Below are positions 20,456 through 30,609 of a DNA stretch of 64,000 bases, one piece after another; the stretch's first letter is position 1; the number at the start of each line of letters is the position of its first letter. Source of the stretch: a virus; IMG/VR virus record IMGVR_UViG_3300046804_003510, positions 5,505-69,504 of that record; one strand, 5' to 3'. The position numbers and the translations under genes are program-made. The notes beneath the pieces are model-generated. The model made no database searches and was not told the DNA's origin. It worked only from the letters and a program-made list of their open reading frames with translations.

Positions 20456-21601
20456 ATGAGAGATCCAAAGGGACCTGTAAAACCATACAAATCACCACAA
20501 GAAATTTCTACACAACATAAAGTTCCTTTAGCAACTGTTATGAAGCAGGTGAAAATGGGAACCAAAGTAGAAGGGGAACATACCACAAGCAAAAGTGGTG
20601 CCAGAATTACTGCATTACAACATGTAGATGAACTTCCAGATTATTATACAAGATTAAAAAAAGTAGAAAAGAAAACTACAAAGGAAGAAATGGAAATGCC
20701 TCAAATGGTCTCTAATCAACAAAGATATTGTCCAAAGTGCAAGAAATGTGAAACTTCTTCTGAGTGCAAATATGGAGAAAACTATTGGAAGATGTTTTCA
20801 ATCCCAATGAACTTAGCACCACAAAAGTTTAGTATTGCAACAGTACATCCAGGAAACATGCCAGAAGAAACTGCTGTTGCACATAAACCTGCAACACCTG
20901 CAGAAAAGATAAGAATCAAAAAAATGCAAGAACTTGAAAGATTGATGAAAGCAGCAAAAGGACCAAGACATCAATCTGATGTTACAAAAAATGAAGAGTA
21001 TGAACTTGATGAAGATCATAAAGAAATTGCTTCAGGAAAGAAGAAAGATGAAGAAGGGTATATGGCAAATATTGAAATGGATAAGATTGAAAAGTCTGTT
21101 GAGATTTTAAGAAAGATTATCAAAAGTCCAAATCAACAACTTCCTGCATGGGTTCAGTCAAAGATTACCAGAGCAGCAGATTTTATTGATACTGCAGCAG
21201 ACTATCTTTCCAGTGATGAAGAAGTTTCTGAGGCATGTTGGGTAGGATACAAACAGGTTGGAATGAAGAAAAAAGGAAAGAAAATGGTTCCAAATTGTGT
21301 TCCTGCAAATGAAGATACTTGTTTAACTTTTTCAGAGTTTATGCAGATTGCAGAAGTTGCTGCTTGGCAAAGGAAAGAAGGTAAGAATAGAGAGGGTGGA
21401 TTGAATGAGAAGGGAAGAAAATCTTATGAAAGGGAAAATCCTGGAAGTGATTTAAAAGCACCTTCAAAGAAAGTAGGAAATCCTCGTAGAGCATCATTTT
21501 GTGCACGTATGTCCGGGATGAAGAAAAAACTAACTTCTTCAAAAACTGCTAATGATCCAAATAGCAGAATTAACAAATCTCTTAGAGCTTGGAACTGTTA
21601 A
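20456..21601 (+). CDS. Modular late protein, probable internal head protein
   Basis: Chain of short modules (G.KVE.EHT...ALQHVDELPDYYTRLK; CPKC..C Cys cluster; LPAWVQSKIT; CW.GYK..G.K.K....VPNCVP; AWQRKEGKN..GGLN...SFCARM...SLRAWNC); ATAAATA at 20426. Confidence 0.7.
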   Translation: MRDPKGPVKPYKSPQEISTQHKVPLATVMKQVKMGTKVEGEHTTSKSGARITALQHVDELPDYYTRLKKVEKKTTKEEMEMPQMVSNQQRYCPKCKKCETSSECKYGENYWKMFSIPMNLAPQKFSIATVHPGNMPEETAVAHKPATPAEKIRIKKMQELERLMKAAKGPRHQSDVTKNEEYELDEDHKEIASGKKKDEEGYMANIEMDKIEKSVEILRKIIKSPNQQLPAWVQSKITRAADFIDTAADYLSSDEEVSEACWVGYKQVGMKKKGKKMVPNCVPANEDTCLTFSEFMQIAEVAAWQRKEGKNREGGLNEKGRKSYERENPGSDLKAPSKKVGNPRRASFCARMSGMKKKLTSSKTANDPNSRINKSLRAWNC

Positions 21602-21602
21602 A

Positions 21603-21917
21603 ATGAAAAGTTACAAAGAATTTATTTCAGAAAGCATTAATATTCAGGGGGATTTTAATGGAACCCTAAATATTGGAGCACAACCAACTCCTCAACAAGT
21701 TGGAGAAGAATTTTCTGTAGATTTTGTTTGGCAAGGAAGTATCTACAGAATTGATATGATTTCTGAGAGTGGAATTCCTTCAAAACAACATCTTACAACT
21801 CATCTTCAGAATGAATACCCTGGAGCAATTATTCACAACATTTATCCAGGTCTTCAAAAAGTTGAAAACGTAACACAAGTAAAAAGATATCATCCAGCAA
21901 AATTAGAATGGATTTGA
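21603..21917 (+). CDS. Hypothetical late protein with capsid-targeting-like N-terminus
   Basis: ATG 1 nt after the upstream stop gives MKSYKEFISE; preferred over the overlapping 21552 start. Confidence 0.7.
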   Translation: MKSYKEFISESINIQGDFNGTLNIGAQPTPQQVGEEFSVDFVWQGSIYRIDMISESGIPSKQHLTTHLQNEYPGAIIHNIYPGLQKVENVTQVKRYHPAKLEWI

Positions 21918-21920
21918 TTT

Positions 21921-23234
21921 ATGGCTATTTGGAATATAACTACACAAGATTATTTAAATCAAGAGAGATCTTTATTTGAAGTTTTTGGTGCAGCAACAAA
22001 AGATGGAAAAATTGTAGATGATTACAATAGATTTCCAGTAAGTGTAAATCCAGATGCTTTTGGTAGAACAAGAGTATCAAATCCACTTACACTATTTGAT
22101 TCATCTCACAGATATAGAGACAATAATCTTTGGGAGAGTTTGATTGTAGGGACTGGTTCTACTGTTGGTTTTGTAACAACTCAAGGATTAATTAATATTG
22201 GTATTGGAACTACAAGTGGTGATTCGGTTATTAGAGAAACCACCAAAACATTCTCATATCAACCAGGCAAATCTTTGCTTGTATTAAATACTTTTATTCC
22301 AGCAACACCAAAAACAAACTTAAGACAAAGAGTTGGTTATTTTGGTGCTGATAATGGAATGTATTTTGAAATCAACAATACTACTCCATATTTTGTGGAA
22401 AGAAGTTTATCTACAGGAACTGAAAATGCAGTTGCACAAAATAATTGGAATATTGATAAATTAGATGGAACAGGAATTTCTGGTATCACATTAGATATTA
22501 GCAAAGCACAAATTCTTTGGATGGATATTGAGTGGTTAGGTCTTGGGACAGTAAGAATGGGATTTGTAATTAATGGAAAATTTATTCATGCACACTCATT
22601 CCATCACTCAAACTTAATTCAATCAACTTATATTACAACAGCATCTCTTCCTTTGAGATATGAGATTGCTAACACTGGAATTACAACTAGTGCAAGCACT
22701 CTCAAACAAATTTGTTCTAGTGTAATTTCTGAAGGTGGTTATGAATTGAGGGGATTGCAGCAGGCAGCAAATACTCCAATTACATCACCAGTAGATTTAC
22801 CAACTCCTGCTGGAACTTATTATCCTGTCATTTCCATTCGCTTGAAATCTTCTCCAAATAGATTAGATGCAATTGTAATTTTGACTGCTCTTTCATTAAT
22901 GGGCACTGGAAATGGTCCACAATACAATTGGCAGATGAGAGCATCAGCAACTACTAGTGGGGGAACTTGGGTCAGTGCTGGTGTAGATAGTGCTGTAGAA
23001 TACAAAATTGATGGAGGAACTGTAAGTGGTGGAAGAATTTTAGCATCTGGTTTCTTCACATCATCAAATCAATCTTCTTCATCAGTTGATATTCTCAAAG
23101 AGGCATTATTTAAGTTTCAGTTGGAACGAAATGGATTGACTGGAACTCCTTATGAATTAACTCTTGTATGTGCATCTGATACTGCTGGTGCCGATGTTTT
23201 TGCATCATTAGATTGGGAAGAGATTAGTAGGTAA
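21921..23234 (+). CDS. Hypothetical beta-rich protein, probably structural
   Basis: 437 aa; DAFGRTRVS.P.TLFDS, YQPGKS, IEWLGLGTVRMGF, LPLRYEI motifs; inserted between gp16 and gp17. Confidence 0.6.
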   Translation: MAIWNITTQDYLNQERSLFEVFGAATKDGKIVDDYNRFPVSVNPDAFGRTRVSNPLTLFDSSHRYRDNNLWESLIVGTGSTVGFVTTQGLINIGIGTTSGDSVIRETTKTFSYQPGKSLLVLNTFIPATPKTNLRQRVGYFGADNGMYFEINNTTPYFVERSLSTGTENAVAQNNWNIDKLDGTGISGITLDISKAQILWMDIEWLGLGTVRMGFVINGKFIHAHSFHHSNLIQSTYITTASLPLRYEIANTGITTSASTLKQICSSVISEGGYELRGLQQAANTPITSPVDLPTPAGTYYPVISIRLKSSPNRLDAIVILTALSLMGTGNGPQYNWQMRASATTSGGTWVSAGVDSAVEYKIDGGTVSGGRILASGFFTSSNQSSSSVDILKEALFKFQLERNGLTGTPYELTLVCASDTAGADVFASLDWEEISR

Positions 23235-23239
23235 TTTTT

Positions 23240-24898
23240 ATGGCAGGTGACATTTATCTTGGTAATCCTCTTTTAAAAAAAGCAAATACTCCAATTGAAT
23301 TTACTGAAGATCAAATCTTAGAATTTATAAAATGTAAAAATGATCCAGTATACTTTGCAAAAAATTATATTAAAATCGTTACTTTGGATCACGGTTTACA
23401 ACAGTTTAAACCATATCATTTCCAAGAAAAATTAATTAGCAATTTCCACAATCATAGATTTAACATTTGTAAGATGCCTCGTCAGACAGGTAAATCTACA
23501 ACTGTGGTATCTTATCTTTTACACTATGCAATTTTTAATGATAATGTAAATATTGCAATTCTTGCCAACAAAGCTTCTACTGCAAGAGACTTGCTTCAAA
23601 GATTGCAAACTGCTTATGAAAACCTTCCAAAATGGTTACAACAGGGGATCATAGCTTGGAACAGAGGATCTATGGAACTGGAGAATGGTTCCAAGATTCT
23701 TGCTGCTTCTACATCAGCATCAGCAGTTAGAGGTGGATCCTACAACATCATCTTTTTGGATGAGTTTGCATTCGTTCAAAATCACCTTGCTGACGATTTC
23801 TTTGCATCTGTATATCCTACCATTTCTTCTGGACAGTCTACAAAGGTTATTATTGTTTCTACCCCTCATGGTATGAATCATTTTTATCGCCTTTGGCATG
23901 ATGCAGAAAGGGGTAAGAATGAATATGTTCCCACAGAAGTTCACTGGTCAGAAGTTCCAGGAAGAGATGATAAATGGAAAGCACAGACTATTGCAAACAC
24001 ATCTGAGCAGCAGTTTAAGATTGAGTTTGAATGCGAATTCTTAGGGTCAGTTGATACTTTAATTGCACCAAGTAAACTCAAAAGTTTAGTATATGATAGT
24101 CCAGTTAAAAGAAATAAAGGTTTAGATGTTTATGAAGATGCCAAATCTGATAAAGATTATTTAATTACTGTCGATGTTGCAAGAGGAGTTGGGAGTGATT
24201 ACTCTGCATTTGTGGTATTTGATATCACGTCCTTTCCACATAAGATTGTAGCAAAATATAGAAATAATGAAATCAAACCTATGCTTTTTCCTAATATCAT
24301 TTTTGATGTTGCAAAAGCATATAATAGTGCTTTTATTTTATGTGAAGTAAATGATGTTGGAGATCAAGTAGCAGCTATCATTCAATATGATCTTGAGTAT
24401 CAAAATCTTCTAATGTGTTCTATGAGAGGTCGTGCAGGTCAAATTGTTGGACAAGGTTTCTCTGGAAAGAAAACTCAACTTGGATTAAAGATGTCCAAAA
24501 CAGTTAAAAAAGTTGGGTGCCTTAATCTCAAAACTATGATTGAGGAGGATAAACTTATTTTTAATGATTATGAAATTATTAGTGAACTTACAACATTTAT
24601 TCAAAAACACAATTCATTTGAAGCAGAAGAGGGATGTAATGATGACCTTGCCATGTGTCTGGTCATCTATGCATGGTTAGTAGCACAAGATTATTTTAAA
24701 GAACTGACAGAACAGGATGTCAGGAAAAGATTATATGAAGAACAAAAAAATCAAATTGAACAAGATATGGCTCCTTTTGGATTTATGATGACAGGATTGG
24801 AGGAAAAAACTGAAGTTGATGTTGATGGAGACGTTTGGCATGTTGATGAATATGGAGATAGGTCTCATGAGTTTTCTTATATGTGGGAGTATAGGTAA
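23240..24898 (+). CDS. gp17: Terminase large subunit gp17
   Basis: YLGNPLLKK, Walker A PRQTGKST, Walker B IIFLDEFAF, nuclease DVARG and NDDLAM. Confidence 0.95.
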   Translation: MAGDIYLGNPLLKKANTPIEFTEDQILEFIKCKNDPVYFAKNYIKIVTLDHGLQQFKPYHFQEKLISNFHNHRFNICKMPRQTGKSTTVVSYLLHYAIFNDNVNIAILANKASTARDLLQRLQTAYENLPKWLQQGIIAWNRGSMELENGSKILAASTSASAVRGGSYNIIFLDEFAFVQNHLADDFFASVYPTISSGQSTKVIIVSTPHGMNHFYRLWHDAERGKNEYVPTEVHWSEVPGRDDKWKAQTIANTSEQQFKIEFECEFLGSVDTLIAPSKLKSLVYDSPVKRNKGLDVYEDAKSDKDYLITVDVARGVGSDYSAFVVFDITSFPHKIVAKYRNNEIKPMLFPNIIFDVAKAYNSAFILCEVNDVGDQVAAIIQYDLEYQNLLMCSMRGRAGQIVGQGFSGKKTQLGLKMSKTVKKVGCLNLKTMIEEDKLIFNDYEIISELTTFIQKHNSFEAEEGCNDDLAMCLVIYAWLVAQDYFKELTEQDVRKRLYEEQKNQIEQDMAPFGFMMTGLEEKTEVDVDGDVWHVDEYGDRSHEFSYMWEYR

Positions 24899-24909
24899 AA
24901 GGAGAAATT

Positions 24910-24917
24910 TATAAATA
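24910..24917 (+). promoter_or_regulatory. T4-type late promoter
   Basis: Perfect TATAAATA upstream of gp18, followed by GAGGAG Shine-Dalgarno. Confidence 0.8.
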
Positions 24918-24953
24918 CTTGTAGAGCAAAATGAAGCATTTAGAGGAGTCAAA

Positions 24954-27077
24954 ATGGCGTTAGGCTTAGCATCTCCAGGTATTAAAGTTAGAGAAGTTGA
25001 TTTAACAAGGGGTGGGGTCACAAATACAACATCTTTATCTGCAGGAATTGCAGCACCTTTTGCAAAGGGTCCTGTCAATCAAGCAGTAACTATTACTAAT
25101 GAAAATGAATTAGTAAATGTTTTTGGCAAACCTTCCAAAAACAACTATCACTACGAATATTGGTATTCAGCATCAAACTTTCTTTCTTATGGTGGAAGTT
25201 TAAAAGTTGTTAGATGTGGGGGAAACAGTCTTCAAAATTCTAATGCTGGAGTTGGTGTTGCATCAACTGCAGTCAATATTGAAAACTATGATGATTATCA
25301 AGAAAATGGTTTAACTTCTGCTTATTGGGCAGCAAAGAATCCAGGGTATTGGGCAGAGGGACTTAAAGTTTGTGTGATTGATAACTTTGCAGACCAAACT
25401 TTATCTGGAATTAGTACTACAGGTGCTGTTGTTGGATATGGAGTATCTCAAGCACTATCTGGAGTAGTTCCTGGTGTTGGGACAACTTCAGTTGCATCAG
25501 GTTATTTAAGAGGAATTATTACAGGAATTGGCGCATCAACTCTTTATGTCAAAGTTACATCACAAGAGTATACTGAAAATGGAGTTTATGCATTTAGAGC
25601 ATCCTCCAATGTGATTGTATATAACTCTTCTAGTGTTGCAGTTTCTACAGTTTCTCCTTCATCAGTTCAAGATTGGTACAACTCACAAAATCTTTTAGAT
25701 ACTGCAAATGGTGATTATACCACCATTTCTTGGAGAAGCGTTGCTCCAAAACCAAGAACAAATAGTTATGTAACAGAAAGAGGTGGTTCAAATGATGCCA
25801 TGCACGTTGTTGTGGTAGACAGCAAAAAAGTAAGTAATGTATCAGGAAATCCACAAACTCTTCTTGAAAAGTTTTTAAATCTCTCAAAAGCAACTGATAC
25901 TAATATTTCTCCATCACAGAATGTATATTACAAGGATTATATTGCACTGAATTCAAATTACATTTATGCTGGAGCATCTATTGGAGATGAAGATGATGCA
26001 GTCTGGGGAGTAACTCCAGTATCAGTCAAATTTACTTCAGGGTTCTCTGCACAAAGCACAACTGATGGTGCTTGGGATGTAGTTGCTGAAGGAACTCATT
26101 TCAATTCAGTTGGAAATGTTTCTTATGATTTAACTGGAGGAGCAGATTATGATGGTGGAAATGGTGGATTCTCTGCATCACTAACCAACTTTACTGATGC
26201 TTATGACAAACTTGCAAATGAAACTGAAGTTCCACTCAACTTCTTACTTCAAGGAGGAACTTCATTAGGTAAAGAAGAGGAACAAGCAAAGGCAAATTAT
26301 TTGATTTCTATCGCAGAATCAAGAAAAGATTGTTTAGCATTTATTTCTCCATATAGAACTGGAGTTGTAAATGTAACTCCAGCAGCAACACAACTTTCAA
26401 ATGTCCTTTCATTCTTTAGTCCACTGACTTCTTCATCATATGCAGTATTTGATAGTGGATATCAATATGTTTATGACAGATTTAATCAACAATTTGTTTA
26501 TATGCCATGTTCAGCAGATGTTGCTGGACTCTGTGTAAGAACTGATATTGAACAGTTCCCTTGGTATTCTCCTGCTGGAAATACCAGAGGTTCTCTGAAG
26601 TTTGCTATCAAACTTGCATACAATCCAGATCAGAATGCAAGAGATCAACTGTATTCTCAGAGAATTAATCCAATCATTTCATCTCCTGGTTCAGGAATCA
26701 TTCTGTTTGGTGATAAGACTGCACTTTCTTATGTCTCAGCATTTGATAGAATTAATGTCAGAAGGCTGTTCATCACAATTGAACAAGCAATTAAGGGTGC
26801 AGCAAATGCTCAACTCTTTGAATTTAATGATTCAACTACAAGAGCAAACTTTATCAACATCGTTGAACCATACTTGAGAGATGTTCAAATCAAGAGAGGA
26901 ATTACTGACTTCCTCTTAGTTTGTGATGAAACTAACAACACCCCTGATGTAATTGACAGAAATGAATTTATTGCTGACATTTATGTGAAACCTGCAAGGT
27001 CCATCAACTTTATTGGACTGACCTTTGTTGCTACAAGAACTGGGGTTTCATTTGAAACAATCGTAGGTACAGTTTAA
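24954..27077 (+). CDS. gp18: Tail sheath protein gp18
   Basis: SPGIKVREVDLT, PWYSPAG, FGDKT, FDRINVRRLF, FEFND, IYVKPARSINFI. Confidence 0.95.
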   Translation: MALGLASPGIKVREVDLTRGGVTNTTSLSAGIAAPFAKGPVNQAVTITNENELVNVFGKPSKNNYHYEYWYSASNFLSYGGSLKVVRCGGNSLQNSNAGVGVASTAVNIENYDDYQENGLTSAYWAAKNPGYWAEGLKVCVIDNFADQTLSGISTTGAVVGYGVSQALSGVVPGVGTTSVASGYLRGIITGIGASTLYVKVTSQEYTENGVYAFRASSNVIVYNSSSVAVSTVSPSSVQDWYNSQNLLDTANGDYTTISWRSVAPKPRTNSYVTERGGSNDAMHVVVVDSKKVSNVSGNPQTLLEKFLNLSKATDTNISPSQNVYYKDYIALNSNYIYAGASIGDEDDAVWGVTPVSVKFTSGFSAQSTTDGAWDVVAEGTHFNSVGNVSYDLTGGADYDGGNGGFSASLTNFTDAYDKLANETEVPLNFLLQGGTSLGKEEEQAKANYLISIAESRKDCLAFISPYRTGVVNVTPAATQLSNVLSFFSPLTSSSYAVFDSGYQYVYDRFNQQFVYMPCSADVAGLCVRTDIEQFPWYSPAGNTRGSLKFAIKLAYNPDQNARDQLYSQRINPIISSPGSGIILFGDKTALSYVSAFDRINVRRLFITIEQAIKGAANAQLFEFNDSTTRANFINIVEPYLRDVQIKRGITDFLLVCDETNNTPDVIDRNEFIADIYVKPARSINFIGLTFVATRTGVSFETIVGTV

Positions 27078-27097
27078 TTTAATCAGGAGAAACAAAA

Positions 27098-27748
27098 ATG
27101 GCTACTTTTCAACAAAGGACTATTGATGCCTTTAAAACTAAATTAAAGGGTGGTGGTTCTCGTAGTAACTTATTTGAAGTAAGTTTTGGGTCTCAATTGG
27201 GAGGACTTCCTGGAACTACTGCAACTTCTACAGGAGCAACCAATTCAGTATTTTCACAATTGGGTGTTACTTTTGAAGATGGTGATTTGATGTTAATCAA
27301 AGCAGCTGGTATGCCTGCATCAAATATTACAGAAATTCCAGTTCCATTTAGAGGAAGAACACTTAAAATTGCTGGAGATAGAACTTTTGACATCTGGACT
27401 ATTACTGTTTTAAATGACACCGACTTCAAATGGAGAAGTTTCTTTGAGAGGTGGGTCAATTATATTGTTAAAACTTCTGATGGTTCTGGTACTATTAATC
27501 CATCAGAATATATGGCAGATATGAATGTAAGTCAACTTTCAAGAGGACCTGGAGTTGCTCCTAACGTAGCAAATCCAAATCAAATTGATGTTTTGAGAAA
27601 GTATGTAGTTAAAGGTGTATTCCCAACTGCTGTTTCTGCCATTGATCTTTCATACAATAATGAAAATGAAATTGAAGAGTTTACAGTAGATCTTCAAGTT
27701 CAATACTGGGAAGCATATACTGGAACCAACTCTTCAGATATCGTCTAA
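27098..27748 (+). CDS. gp19: Tail tube protein gp19
   Basis: GGGSRSNLFEV, VPFRGRTLKIAGDRTF..WTITVLND, IEEFTV. Confidence 0.95.
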   Translation: MATFQQRTIDAFKTKLKGGGSRSNLFEVSFGSQLGGLPGTTATSTGATNSVFSQLGVTFEDGDLMLIKAAGMPASNITEIPVPFRGRTLKIAGDRTFDIWTITVLNDTDFKWRSFFERWVNYIVKTSDGSGTINPSEYMADMNVSQLSRGPGVAPNVANPNQIDVLRKYVVKGVFPTAVSAIDLSYNNENEIEEFTVDLQVQYWEAYTGTNSSDIV

Positions 27749-27774
27749 ATACTTCTACAGTTTAAATTTATACT

Positions 27775-29439
27775 ATGCCAAAACTTTTTGGATTTTCTAT
27801 TGAAGACGAGAAAAAATTACCTAAAGGTGCTATATCCCCTGTCCCCGAAAATAACGAGGACGGGGTTGATTATTATATCACCAGTGGTTTTTATGGACAA
27901 TATGTAGATATTGAAGGTGTATTCAGAAATGAATATGACCTGATTAGAAGATATCGTGAAATGTCTTTACATCCAGAGTGTGATAATGCTATTGAAAATA
28001 TTGTAAATGAAGCTATTATTAGTGACTTAAATGATTCTCCTATTGAAATTGAACTAAGTAATATTAATGCCAGTGATGGACTTAAAAAGATTATCAGAGA
28101 AGAATTTAAATATATTAAAGATATGATGGACTTTGATAAAAAGTCCCATGAAATTTTTAGAAATTGGTATGTAGATGGACGTCTTTTATATCATAAAGTT
28201 ATTGATTTAAAACATCCAGAAGAAGGAATTAAAGATATTAGATATATGGACCCCCTCAAAGTTAAATTTATGAGGGTTGAGAGAAAGACTGGACAAGAAC
28301 TTGGTAAAGCTTATATTACAGATGCAAGAGATAGAGATGCATTTGTAGAACCTCAAATTGACGAATATTTTATGTATTATCCAGATTCCAGCATTCAAAA
28401 ATATGCTGCAACTGGAAAGGGAATTCAGATTGCAAAGGATGCTATGACTTTTGTAACTTCTGGACTTGTAGATAGAAATAGAAAACTTACATTATCATAT
28501 CTCCATAAAGCAATTAAAGCTCTTAATCAACTAAGAATGATTGAAGATGCTTTAGTCATTTACAGACTTTCACGTGCTCCAGAACGTAGAATTTTCTATA
28601 TTGATGTTGGAAATCTTCCTAAGGTAAAGGCAGAGCAATACCTTAGAGACGTAATGAACAGATATAGAAATAAACTTGTCTATGATGCAAATACTGGTGA
28701 AATGCGTGATGACAAGAGATTTATGAGTATGATGGAAGATTTTTGGCTTCCAAGAAGAGAAGGTGGTAGAGGAACTGAAATCACAACTCTTCCTGGTGGA
28801 CAAAATCTTGGTGAATTAACTGATGTTCATTATTTTCAAAAGAAACTTTTTAGAGCATTAAATGTTCCAGAATCAAGAACTGCTTCTGATGGAGGATTTA
28901 ATCTTGGGCGTTCATCTGAAATCTTAAGAGATGAATTAATGTTTGGTAAGTTTATTGGAAGATTGAGAAAAAGATTCTGCAATCTTTTCCATGATATGTT
29001 AAAGACACAATTACTTCTTAAAAATATTGTAACACCAGAAGATTGGGAAAAGTTAAGCGATCATATTCAGTATGATTATCTTTATGATAGTCACTTTGCA
29101 GAACTTAAAGAAACTGAATTGATGAATGAAAGATTGAATCTTGCTGCAGCAGTTCAACCTTATATTGGAACATATTACTCAAAAGATTATGTAAGAAGAA
29201 GAATTCTGAGACAAACTGATCAAGAAATTGTTGATCAGGATAAACTGATTAAGAAAGAAATTTCTCAAGGGCAGTATGCAGATCCACTTGAAAACCCTCC
29301 AATGGGACCAAATGGTTCTCCAATTCTTCCCATTTCTGCAGATCAACAAATGCAAATGTTGGGTCAAATTCCTATGGAACCTGGATTAGACTCTCAAGGA
29401 GCAGCAACTCAAGTTAATACCAAAGGCGCAGAAATATAA
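27775..29439 (+). CDS. gp20: Portal protein gp20
   Basis: IYRLSRAPERRIFYIDVGNLPK.KAEQYL and EDFWLPRREGGRGTEITTLPGGQNLG; TAAATA at 27746. Confidence 0.95.
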   Translation: MPKLFGFSIEDEKKLPKGAISPVPENNEDGVDYYITSGFYGQYVDIEGVFRNEYDLIRRYREMSLHPECDNAIENIVNEAIISDLNDSPIEIELSNINASDGLKKIIREEFKYIKDMMDFDKKSHEIFRNWYVDGRLLYHKVIDLKHPEEGIKDIRYMDPLKVKFMRVERKTGQELGKAYITDARDRDAFVEPQIDEYFMYYPDSSIQKYAATGKGIQIAKDAMTFVTSGLVDRNRKLTLSYLHKAIKALNQLRMIEDALVIYRLSRAPERRIFYIDVGNLPKVKAEQYLRDVMNRYRNKLVYDANTGEMRDDKRFMSMMEDFWLPRREGGRGTEITTLPGGQNLGELTDVHYFQKKLFRALNVPESRTASDGGFNLGRSSEILRDELMFGKFIGRLRKRFCNLFHDMLKTQLLLKNIVTPEDWEKLSDHIQYDYLYDSHFAELKETELMNERLNLAAAVQPYIGTYYSKDYVRRRILRQTDQEIVDQDKLIKKEISQGQYADPLENPPMGPNGSPILPISADQQMQMLGQIPMEPGLDSQGAATQVNTKGAEI

Positions 29440-29442
29440 ATA
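29435..29442 (+). promoter_or_regulatory. T4-type late promoter
   Basis: TATAAATA overlapping the gp20 stop. Confidence 0.75.
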
Positions 29443-29465
29443 CTTTTATAAACTTTGAGGTTTTT

Positions 29466-29639
29466 ATGGAATCTAATGAAGATTTACTTGATATTTTGAT
29501 GACTGATAATTCTGCAGAAAGAGCTTCTGACAAAATTAAAGAAATTCTTTATACCAAATCTGCAGAAAAAATCAACTCATATAGGCCTGTGGTTGCACAA
29601 GCGATGTTTGGTAATGCTCAATCAGATACAGAGGAATAA
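29466..29639 (+). CDS. Small conserved head-region protein (57 aa; not in the ORF track), positional analogue of prohead core gp67
   Basis: Read by hand: MESNEDLLDILMTDNSAERASDKIKEILYTKSAEKINSYRPVVAQAMFGNAQSDTEE; GAGG SD upstream; TAATG coupling to the next gene. Confidence 0.7.
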   Translation: MESNEDLLDILMTDNSAERASDKIKEILYTKSAEKINSYRPVVAQAMFGNAQSDTEE

Positions 29640-29905
29640 TGCAAAGAACTAAAATTATAGCAACTCAAGAAAATCTTGGAACATCTGCTGGAGCTGCTAC
29701 CAGTATTTCTTATGCAACTGTAGTCAGATTGTATAACAATACTTCTGGAATTGTTACTGTTGGAATTGCAGAATCAGTTGGAGCAGCATCTACTTCATAT
29801 TTTGCTATGCCTGCAAGTTCAGTTGAATTTGTTGAAAAAGTAGCATCTCAAGTTATTTGGGCTACTTCTGCTATCCCAGCCAATAAAGTAGGATTTACCA
29901 ATTAA
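29639..29905 (+). CDS. Hypothetical small structural protein
   Basis: 88 aa; ATVVRLYN...VEFVEK...KVGFTN; between gp20 and gp21. Confidence 0.65.
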   Translation: MQRTKIIATQENLGTSAGAATSISYATVVRLYNNTSGIVTVGIAESVGAASTSYFAMPASSVEFVEKVASQVIWATSAIPANKVGFTN

Positions 29906-29909
29906 AGAA

Positions 29910-30560
29910 ATGAAACTCATCACAGAAGAGATCGAATCTATCGAAATTATTACTGAAGAATCTGAAGGGAAAAAAACTCTGTATATTACAGGGCCATTCC
30001 TTCAAGCTGAAGTAACAAATAGAAATGGAAGATGTTATCCATTTTCTATTTTAGAGCGTGAAGTTAAAAGGTATAATGATACCTTTATTAAAAATGGTCG
30101 TGCTCTTGGTGAACTTGGACATCCAGATGGACCTAGTGTAAATTTGGATAGAGTTTCTCATATGATTACATCTCTTCATTCAGAAGGTAATACTTTTGTA
30201 GGTAAAGCAAAAGTACTTGATACTCCAATGGGAAATATTGCTAAATCTCTTCTTGATGAAGGAGTCATGTTAGGGGTTTCTTCAAGAGGAGTTGGTTCTC
30301 TGATTGAAAAAAATGGCGTCAAATATGTCAGTGATGACTTTATGTTAGCAACTGCTGCTGATATTGTTGCAGATCCTTCTGCTCCTGATGCATTTGTTCA
30401 GGGAATTATGGAAGGCAAAGAATGGGTGTGGGAAGGTGGAATCTTAAAAGAAAAAGCAGCAGAAACTGCTAAAAGACAAGTTGAATATTATTCAAGAAAT
30501 AGAAAATTAAGTGAACAAAAGAAACTTAAACTTCTTAATGACTATCTCTTAAATCTGTAA
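29910..30560 (+). CDS. gp21: Prohead core protease gp21
   Basis: MKLITE, NRNGRCY, ALGELGHP, GVSSRGVGS, DIVADPSAPDAFV. Confidence 0.95.
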   Translation: MKLITEEIESIEIITEESEGKKTLYITGPFLQAEVTNRNGRCYPFSILEREVKRYNDTFIKNGRALGELGHPDGPSVNLDRVSHMITSLHSEGNTFVGKAKVLDTPMGNIAKSLLDEGVMLGVSSRGVGSLIEKNGVKYVSDDFMLATAADIVADPSAPDAFVQGIMEGKEWVWEGGILKEKAAETAKRQVEYYSRNRKLSEQKKLKLLNDYLLNL

Positions 30561-30562
30561 TT

Positions 30563-30570
30563 TATAAATA
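30563..30570 (+). promoter_or_regulatory. T4-type late promoter
   Basis: TATAAATA upstream of gp22. Confidence 0.8.
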
Positions 30571-30609
30571 AATATAGAATAAAATAAAGAATTTATTCGG
30601 AGAATACAA

